From an uncultured Alphaproteobacteria bacterium (GTDB taxonomy: Bacteria > Pseudomonadota > Alphaproteobacteria > RF32 > CAG-239), in NCBI GenBank assembly GCA_946629975.1, contig CAMOYJ010000002.1:1-60959 (forward strand): a stretch of 60,959 nt of DNA. The letters are read 5' to 3'. The notes under the pieces were generated by a model. It was not told the DNA's origin. It ran no database searches and saw nothing but the letters and a program-made list of their open reading frames with translations. Below are positions 9,507 to 15,930 of the stretch, piece by piece. Every line of letters begins with the position of its first letter. The stretch's first letter is position 1. Both the position numbers and the translations under genes were made by a program.

Positions 9507-10268
9507 ATGACTGATGAAGTCAAAAAATTGCAAGTTGCAGAAACATTAAAGAAAGCCTATGTATACATGAGTTTACACGAACGTTCTTTGCGTCCGATTT
9601 GGCTTATACACTTTTTGTTTTGTGCCATATTTAATTTTCTTCCTGGTGGCTTTTCAAATCCGTTTAGTTTGATTTGGTCGCTGGCGTACTATATTTTTTG
9701 GTGCGTTTTTTTCAGGCTTTATTACCAAAAAAGACCTTATTTTTGCGCCTCTAAAATTTGTGCAAGCGCCATTCCTTCCTCAAAAATGATTTTCATCACA
9801 TTCGGCTTGCTGTTTGTGTTGTTGATTTTGCCGTTTGTACCCTTGTTACTTGGTTTCCATAATAAATACCTGCTCGTTTTTGAACGTTATATGGCGGCGT
9901 TGCAAGTGCCTGAAACAAGCGTTTTTAATGTGCTGATTTTTTCTTTAATCTTTCTTTTGATTTCGCCGTTTGCATTCTGCAGACCCTATTTGGCGTGGAT
10001 TTCCGCTCTTCAGGGATATTCCGGTTCCATACGCAAGGTTTTCAAAAAAACAACGGGTAACAATATCAGATTTTTGAGCCTGATCTTTTTGCTCAATTTG
10101 CCATGTTTTGTGGCCTATGGTGCAGATGTTTTGCTGCATTGCCATGGTTGGTTTTCGGTTGGTTTTTATTCTATTTACCTGATCTATTTTAATATTGTTT
10201 TTGCCAAAGTTTATGATTTCTTTTATCAACAAAAAAAGCCTCAGAACAAATCTGAGGCCGAAGATTGA
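9507..10268 (+). CDS. multi-pass membrane protein (paralog of 41950-42666)
   Basis: Several hydrophobic segments; starts 2 nt after the virD4 stop. Confidence 0.75.
   Translation: MTDEVKKLQVAETLKKAYVYMSLHERSLRPIWLIHFLFCAIFNFLPGGFSNPFSLIWSLAYYIFWCVFFRLYYQKRPYFCASKICASAIPSSKMIFITFGLLFVLLILPFVPLLLGFHNKYLLVFERYMAALQVPETSVFNVLIFSLIFLLISPFAFCRPYLAWISALQGYSGSIRKVFKKTTGNNIRFLSLIFLLNLPCFVAYGADVLLHCHGWFSVGFYSIYLIYFNIVFAKVYDFFYQQKKPQNKSEAED
10231..10258 (-). terminator. intrinsic terminator for the minus-strand operon ending in trkA
   Basis: GCCTCAGA/TCTGAGGC stem preceded on + by A7, which is the U-tract on the minus strand. Confidence 0.55.
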
Positions 10269-10284
10269 AAAAATTTTATCTTGT

Positions 10285-11646
10285 CTATATTGAAAAAATC
10301 GTTTCAACTTTTTGGATGCAGTTTGGTGCAACAATCATAATCAAAACATCGTCAAGCTCAAGAGGCATATCAGGTTCCGGAAAGAGAAGCTTTTTATCTC
10401 GTTCAATACCGATAATTTTGCACTTATCCGGCAATATCAATTGCTCCAATTTTTTGTCTTCAAGCATTGAATCGTTTTTGAGTTTCAGTTCCCAAACTTC
10501 AGCAAAACCGCGCCCTAAAGAATAGGCATTAAGTAGCTTCACATGGCGGATATCCTGCAAAATTTTAGAAATTGTGATGGTTGAACGGTCAATAATAATA
10601 TTGCCGGAAATGTGGTTTGTGAGGTTGTCATAAACGCGCGAGTTCACAAGCGACATGGTTGATGTCACCCCATTGTATTGAGCCAAAAGCGATAAAAGCA
10701 AATTGTCTTTATCAAGGCTTGTAACCGATATGGTCGTATCTGTTTTTTCTAAGTTTGCATCGTTTAAGATAACATCACTCATCATCTCGCCATAGATAAT
10801 CACAGATTTATTCAAATGTTCAGACATCTTATGCGCCGCGTTGATATTATTTGTAATCACTTTTATGCTTGCAATATTGTCATTTTCTTCCAAATGTCTT
10901 GCAATGTCATACGAAATCGCGTTTCCGCCGAAAATAACAACATTTTCGGTGCTTTTCTGCCCCACATTGAAAGCGTGTAAAACTTGCGGAATATCTTCTT
11001 TTAAGGCTAAAACATAAACCTCATCGCCTTGTTTGATGCTTTCGTCAGGCTTTGGAAAAAAGTTCACCCCATCGCGCAAAATTTGCACAACGGAAAAATT
11101 GAGCTCTTTAAAATTTTCGTAAAGTTCCGAAATTTTGAATTGATAGAGAGAGCATTCATCAAAACATTTCAAACAAACAAGCTGAACATTGTCATCGGCA
11201 AATGAATAAACTTCCTTCGCACCCGGCACACTCAAAAGTTGCAATACTCGCTCGGCAATTTCCTGATCGGGCGAAATCACCAAATCAACCGGCAAACTTT
11301 TCTCATTATAAAGGGTGTTCCATAAAGGGCTTAAAAAATATTCCTGTGTCACGCGCGCAATTTTTTTTGGCACATTAAAGAGCGTGTATGCCACTTGGCA
11401 AGCAACCAAATTGACCTCATCATTGTCTGTTGCGGCTATCAAAATATCTGCGGTATCTGCGCCGACTTTCTCTAAAATATCCGGCCTTGAAATTGAGCCC
11501 AAAACCGGCTGAACGTCAAATTCTTTGGCAATTTCATCAAGTTTTTCCTGATTCGTATCTAAAACGACAATATCATTATCCGCACGCGTTAAATACGAAA
11601 TAATGCTTCGTCCGACACTTCCCGCCCCACCGACAATAATCTTCAT
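10285..11646 (-). CDS. trkA: Trk system potassium uptake protein TrkA
   Basis: MKIIVGGAGSVG Rossmann motif, two RCK_N/RCK_C pairs, DLVISP, 453 aa. Confidence 0.93.
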   Translation of the reverse strand: MKIIVGGAGSVGRSIISYLTRADNDIVVLDTNQEKLDEIAKEFDVQPVLGSISRPDILEKVGADTADILIAATDNDEVNLVACQVAYTLFNVPKKIARVTQEYFLSPLWNTLYNEKSLPVDLVISPDQEIAERVLQLLSVPGAKEVYSFADDNVQLVCLKCFDECSLYQFKISELYENFKELNFSVVQILRDGVNFFPKPDESIKQGDEVYVLALKEDIPQVLHAFNVGQKSTENVVIFGGNAISYDIARHLEENDNIASIKVITNNINAAHKMSEHLNKSVIIYGEMMSDVILNDANLEKTDTTISVTSLDKDNLLLSLLAQYNGVTSTMSLVNSRVYDNLTNHISGNIIIDRSTITISKILQDIRHVKLLNAYSLGRGFAEVWELKLKNDSMLEDKKLEQLILPDKCKIIGIERDKKLLFPEPDMPLELDDVLIMIVAPNCIQKVETIFSI

Positions 11647-12617
11647 GCTGTTTCTCCTAAAATCTGTTTTTTAAAATAACAATCAATTTCTTTCATCGCA
11701 AGATCAAAATCTGTTATCTTCATATAGTTTTCCCTAAATTTCTTGGCATCATAAAAACATTTTGAATACCAACAAACATATTTTCTCGACAACCCTAAAG
11801 CCACTCTTTCGCCATAATATTCTTTCAAATAAGTCATATGTCTCAGAAGCGTTTCATATATATGCTTTTGTGTTAAAAGCGGCTCTTTTTTGCCTTCCAA
11901 ATAATTGGCAATACTTTTAAGCAAAAACGGATTGCCGAGCGCTGCGCGTCCGATCATCACAGCATCAACTTTTGTTTTTTTAAACATTTTTTGTGCGCTT
12001 TGAGGGGAGGTAATGTCGCCATTGCCGACAACAGGGATTTTCACACTTTCCTTAACGGCTTTAATCACATCCCAGTCGGCAAGGCCTGCATAACCTTGCG
12101 ATTTTGTGCGTCCGTGTATGGTAATGTATGTCGCCCCGCTTTGCTCACACATCTTCGCAAATTCGATGGCGTTGATATGCTCAAAATCCCAACCCTTTCG
12201 AAATTTTACGCTGACAGGCAATTTTGTTGCTTTGACGGTCGTTTCAATAATTTTAGCTGCAATATCCATGTGTTGCATCAAATACGATCCTGCGTTGGAA
12301 GCAATAATTTTTCGTACGGGACATCCCATATTAATATCAACTCCTGCCGCACCCAAGTCGGTGACCAACTTTGCCGCATCATAAAACAAATCAGGGTCGC
12401 CGCCCATCAATTGCACAACAACAGGATAAGGTTCTTCACGCACATCTGCAATCTTATATGTTTTGGCATTTTTATAGGAAAGGGCGTTGACAGCAACCAT
12501 TTCCGAAACAAGAGAAACTTTGCCTTGCGTTTCTTCAAAAACAATTTTACGCATTGGTGCGTCGGTGATACCGGCCATCGGCGCCAAAAAAATTTTGTTT
12601 TTAAACTCAAAGCCCAT
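11643..12617 (-). CDS. dusB: tRNA-dihydrouridine synthase DusB (NifR3)
   Basis: LAPMAGITD, DINMGCP, HGRT, GNGDI, VMIGRAALGNP. Confidence 0.93.
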   Translation of the reverse strand: MGFEFKNKIFLAPMAGITDAPMRKIVFEETQGKVSLVSEMVAVNALSYKNAKTYKIADVREEPYPVVVQLMGGDPDLFYDAAKLVTDLGAAGVDINMGCPVRKIIASNAGSYLMQHMDIAAKIIETTVKATKLPVSVKFRKGWDFEHINAIEFAKMCEQSGATYITIHGRTKSQGYAGLADWDVIKAVKESVKIPVVGNGDITSPQSAQKMFKKTKVDAVMIGRAALGNPFLLKSIANYLEGKKEPLLTQKHIYETLLRHMTYLKEYYGERVALGLSRKYVCWYSKCFYDAKKFRENYMKITDFDLAMKEIDCYFKKQILGETA

Positions 12618-12620
12618 CTG

Positions 12621-14696
12621 TTAGCCTAACTTATCCAAGGCCCTTGCCATCACATAATAGATTTTGCCAATCTCAGAGCCTGAAATAATGGCCAGCATCG
12701 TCTCAGGCTTGTCAGATTTTTCAGCCGCATTTAAAAGCGTTTCAAATTCGTTTAAGTATCTGTCGGCGAGCTCATGAAAATCAGCATTTTTTTCATATTG
12801 ATCCCTGATTTTCAAAATTTCTTTACGACCAAGTTTTTTAACCATATTGTGTGCAAAAGCAGCATGGTCGCCATTGTAAAACTTTTTCCATAAATCATCT
12901 TCGGAATCTTTATCAAAAAAACGGTTCAAGTCAATAGAGAGGTTTTCTAAATCCTGTACCATCTGGCTCATTTTATCCATAAATCCGGAAAGCCCGAGTT
13001 CTTGATATTGCGTCTTAACTTCTCTCAAATGGCGCTCGGATTTTGTTTTTTGATCTTCAAGTTCTTTGAAACGCGTGTCAAGAGTGTGCTGATAATCTGT
13101 CATCTGTTTTTGAAATTCTTGAAAAACCTGAACGGATTTTTGTTGTGCTTTACCTATATTTTCTTCCAAATCTTTAATTTGTTTTTTCATTGTTTCAAAG
13201 TTTTCGGAAGTTTTCATCAAAGCGACTTGTTGCGTGCTGATAAACTCCGCCCCCTGTTTGCTTTTTGAAACGAGCATGTTGGCGTTTTCTGAGAGTTTTA
13301 TGGTGTTCTTTTCCAAAACGGCACTGACTTCATTAAACTTATCAATCGCATCAACAGCGCGAAGCCTTAAATCGTCTGTTTTTAAGCTCAAATCGGCCGA
13401 AAGCGAACCTATTCTGCCGGACATCTTCTCGGCTGTTTTTTGCATTTCAACATTTTTCAATTCAGTCTGATTGATAAAGCCTGAAATTTTCTCTACTTCT
13501 TTGGCAAGCCCGTTCACAACGGCTTCAATGTTCTGAATGGCTCGTTCCGATTTCAAAGATAAACTGTTGTTAGCCCCTTCCAAAATAGAGCTGATTTGTG
13601 CACCGGCTTCTTGTAGCTTTGAAATTTGGCCTTTAACATTCATATCCAAATTATCAGCGCGTTCAACCATTGCGGCAACTTCCATACTGATCAGTTTGCC
13701 GTATTCCCCGAGCTTACCATCTAAAAAGCTCGAATTTTTATCTAAAAGTTGAGCCTGCTCTGAAGCAAGAGCTTTGTGTGTTTTTAAGCTGTTTTCGATA
13801 TACGAAATGCCTGAATCGATTTTTTTGTAAATTTCTTGGCAGCTGTCAGATGTGCGGAGCATTGCTTGCTCAAATTGAGATGTCTCGTTTTTGAGCATTT
13901 CGGCAAGGCCGGCCATGCTGTTTTTGCTCATATCGGCAAATTCGGCCAAATCCGTTTTGGTTTGAGCCATATTGCCCTGTGTTTGCTCAACCATATTTTT
14001 CAAGTGATCAGCCGTCACCATTGTTTCGTCAATCAAGGGGTTTAGTTGCTGATAAATCCCATCGGCGCTTTCTTTCAACTCATCAGTATGTGTTTTGAGC
14101 TGGCTGGCTGTTTCTTGAGCTTTCGTTGAAAGCTCGCGACAAAGCTCAATATATTCGTTTTTGTTTTCATCAATACGTGCGAGATTTTGCTTGGCAACAT
14201 TGTCAAGTGTTTGCGAAATATCATGAAAATCTTGAGCTTTTGTATTGAGCTCATTTTTTAATGTGTCTGTTTGAGCCGATAAAAACTGCAAGGTTGAATT
14301 GAGCTCTTCAATTTGGTTTTGAAGCGCTTTGTTAATGATTTTTGAAAGCAGATTTTCGTCTTTTGTTTTCAAAAATCTGCCTAAACTCTGCTCAACCATT
14401 TCATTTTGTTTGAGGGTGGAATATGTTTTTTTCACCCACACGATAAGGAAAAATATCACAAGCGGAAAGATAAAAAAGGCTGCCAAAAACACAACAAAAT
14501 CAGCAGGCATCAAGGCCGACAAATTACTCCAACCATATAAAAATTGGAGATAAACAAAAACACCGATCACCCAAAAGGCGCCGAGAGCCAAAAGTGTTTT
14601 TTTCAAAGGTTTCGGGGAAGCATCAACATCATAATGCATCTCGGCTTGTTCGCCGTCTTCCAAAAATTGAGGGATTTTTCTTTCTTGTTCGCTCAT
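12621..14696 (-). CDS. membrane-anchored coiled-coil polar landmark protein, TipN/GPR(RgsE)-like
   Basis: Two N-terminal TMs and a long coiled coil. The C-terminal LSIDLNR..LWKKFYNGD..F..Y..NADF...DRYLNEFE.LL...SEIGKIY..MARA resembles the conserved C-terminal domain of this family (from memory). Confidence 0.6.
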   Translation of the reverse strand: MSEQERKIPQFLEDGEQAEMHYDVDASPKPLKKTLLALGAFWVIGVFVYLQFLYGWSNLSALMPADFVVFLAAFFIFPLVIFFLIVWVKKTYSTLKQNEMVEQSLGRFLKTKDENLLSKIINKALQNQIEELNSTLQFLSAQTDTLKNELNTKAQDFHDISQTLDNVAKQNLARIDENKNEYIELCRELSTKAQETASQLKTHTDELKESADGIYQQLNPLIDETMVTADHLKNMVEQTQGNMAQTKTDLAEFADMSKNSMAGLAEMLKNETSQFEQAMLRTSDSCQEIYKKIDSGISYIENSLKTHKALASEQAQLLDKNSSFLDGKLGEYGKLISMEVAAMVERADNLDMNVKGQISKLQEAGAQISSILEGANNSLSLKSERAIQNIEAVVNGLAKEVEKISGFINQTELKNVEMQKTAEKMSGRIGSLSADLSLKTDDLRLRAVDAIDKFNEVSAVLEKNTIKLSENANMLVSKSKQGAEFISTQQVALMKTSENFETMKKQIKDLEENIGKAQQKSVQVFQEFQKQMTDYQHTLDTRFKELEDQKTKSERHLREVKTQYQELGLSGFMDKMSQMVQDLENLSIDLNRFFDKDSEDDLWKKFYNGDHAAFAHNMVKKLGRKEILKIRDQYEKNADFHELADRYLNEFETLLNAAEKSDKPETMLAIISGSEIGKIYYVMARALDKLG

Positions 14697-14802
14697 GAGT
14701 TCAAACCCTTATCTGTTCAACATCAAGGCATATTTTAAGCTTTCAAAACAAATATTTCAATGTTTTTTACACCTTTTCACAGGGTTTTGCCCCATTTTCT
14801 TC

Positions 14803-14831
14803 TTTACATTTTCAAAAATCTCAGTCATAAT
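14803..14831 (+). promoter_or_regulatory. sigma70-like promoter of leader element copy 1
   Basis: TTTACA-17 nt-CATAAT, 7 nt upstream of the conserved GTAACC hairpin; copy 2 has the same layout. Confidence 0.6.
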
Positions 14832-14837
14832 CAAAAA

Positions 14838-14988
14838 TGTAACCGAAACGGTTGCGGTGTTCAACGCACTTCCAGAAAAGCAACTCCTATGAAAGGGAGT
14901 TCCTGATATAAGCGTTACGACGAATAAAGGAGGCTGTTTTCTGGCAGTTGTTGAACTCCCACTTTGGATTTTTTCAAGGTGGTTTTTT
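14838..14988 (+). ncRNA. conserved structured leader RNA, copy 1 (candidate novel riboswitch/attenuator)
   Basis: Homologous to 37815-37976 with compensatory changes. Hairpins GTAACCG/CGGTTGC and AACTCCT/GGGAGTT, long-range helix CCAGAAAA/TTTTCTGG plus GTTCAAC/GTTGAAC, terminal terminator. Confidence 0.8.
14959..14988 (+). terminator. intrinsic terminator upstream of the LRR gene start (attenuator position)
   Basis: CCACTTTGG/TCAAGGTGG stem followed by T6, 35 nt before the ATG. Confidence 0.7.
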
Positions 14989-15023
14989 AATTATAGACAG
15001 CAACAAAAAGGGAAAATAAACTT

Positions 15024-15848
15024 ATGAAAAATAAAATATTTTTAAGTTTTTTAACTACAACAACAATGCTTTCTTTTCAGGCTCGTGCGGATTTAGCCTC
15101 AGATTGCGCAGCTTATGGTATAACCTGCACCTTAGACAACGGACACCTCACAATTTCTGGCTCAGGAGAAACACCATCCTCAGCACCATGGAAAAATTAT
15201 AACGACCAAATTTCAAGTGTGCATATTGATGGATTTACTGATATAGGTTATAGAGCATTTTCCGGTATGACCTTAGATAAAGTTACAATGTCGCCATCTG
15301 TTCAAAAAATTAAAGATGAAGCATTTCGAGGAACCTTTTCCGAAATCTATGTTCCGAATACGCTCACAAGCATTGATGAGTTTGTGTTTAATGGGGTAGG
15401 TACCTTATATTTAGATCCAAGCAGCAATTTGAGAATTGACGGTGATGGATATTTGCTTGGTATTTCAACAATCGTTGTGACGCCGAATGCTGATTTTTCT
15501 TTTTGGCAATCTCCTTCAGGATACGATAGTTCTACCGTTACATTTAAATGCAACGGGGATATAAATATTTGCGAACAGATGCTTGCAAATGTAAAATCAC
15601 TCTGGGAAGATTTTGGCATCGAATTCAACTTAACAAGCTACACTCCGCCGGCTCAAGGACAAAACGGAAATGAAGATGGATATACAGGGGGTGAAACGCA
15701 AGGCGGTGAGGGCGGACAAATTGGAAACAATTCAGAGCCTGTAATATCATCGCCATCATCTCGCACAGTCAAACGTATCTACACTGTTGAAGAAGCTCAA
15801 AAGGTCAGTAAAAAGACAGGCAACACCTTCCGCCTGCGCTATAAATAA
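15024..15848 (+). CDS. secreted BspA-type leucine-rich-repeat (LRR_5) surface protein
   Basis: Sec signal peptide ending ARA, LTISGSG..PW, then TDIGYRAF / KIKDEAF / TSIDEFVF repeats, Gly-rich linker, basic C-terminal motif. Confidence 0.8.
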   Translation: MKNKIFLSFLTTTTMLSFQARADLASDCAAYGITCTLDNGHLTISGSGETPSSAPWKNYNDQISSVHIDGFTDIGYRAFSGMTLDKVTMSPSVQKIKDEAFRGTFSEIYVPNTLTSIDEFVFNGVGTLYLDPSSNLRIDGDGYLLGISTIVVTPNADFSFWQSPSGYDSSTVTFKCNGDINICEQMLANVKSLWEDFGIEFNLTSYTPPAQGQNGNEDGYTGGETQGGEGGQIGNNSEPVISSPSSRTVKRIYTVEEAQKVSKKTGNTFRLRYK

Positions 15849-15864
15849 AATTTCAAATGTCCAT

Positions 15865-15909
15865 GTCATTGCCGGATATGTCACTTGAGTGATTTGATCC
15901 GGCAATCTC
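15865..15909. repeat. REP-like palindromic element, copy 1 (intergenic)
   Basis: Perfect IR ATTGCCGGAT (15868-15877) / ATCCGGCAAT (15897-15906) around an inner hairpin GTCAC-TTGA-GTGAT; homologous to 38034-38080. Confidence 0.75.
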
Positions 15910-15930
15910 CTTAAAATGCATTTTCTTTTT

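Noticed and set aside
10426-10435. ATCCGGCAAT matching the REP right arm inside trkA
   Set aside because: No left arm upstream and no hairpin; probably a chance match in coding sequence.
11991-12629. Long antisense ORFs (this 212-aa one, also 45696-46187, 36747-37184, 48868-49305)
   Set aside because: They lie entirely opposite well-supported genes and have no motifs; these are antisense shadows.
14695-14892. 65-aa ORF overlapping leader copy 1 as a possible leader peptide
   Set aside because: It starts upstream of the predicted promoter and has no counterpart in copy 2.
14926-14933. SD-like AAAGGAGG inside leader copy 1
   Set aside because: Not conserved in copy 2 (AAAACAAA) and no ATG at suitable spacing.
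14838-14988. Assigning the leader to a known class (c-di-GMP-I/II, TPP, cobalamin, SAM, T-box, tRNA)
   Set aside because: Hallmark motifs are not seen by eye and there is no cloverleaf or CCA end; a formal Rfam search is still needed.
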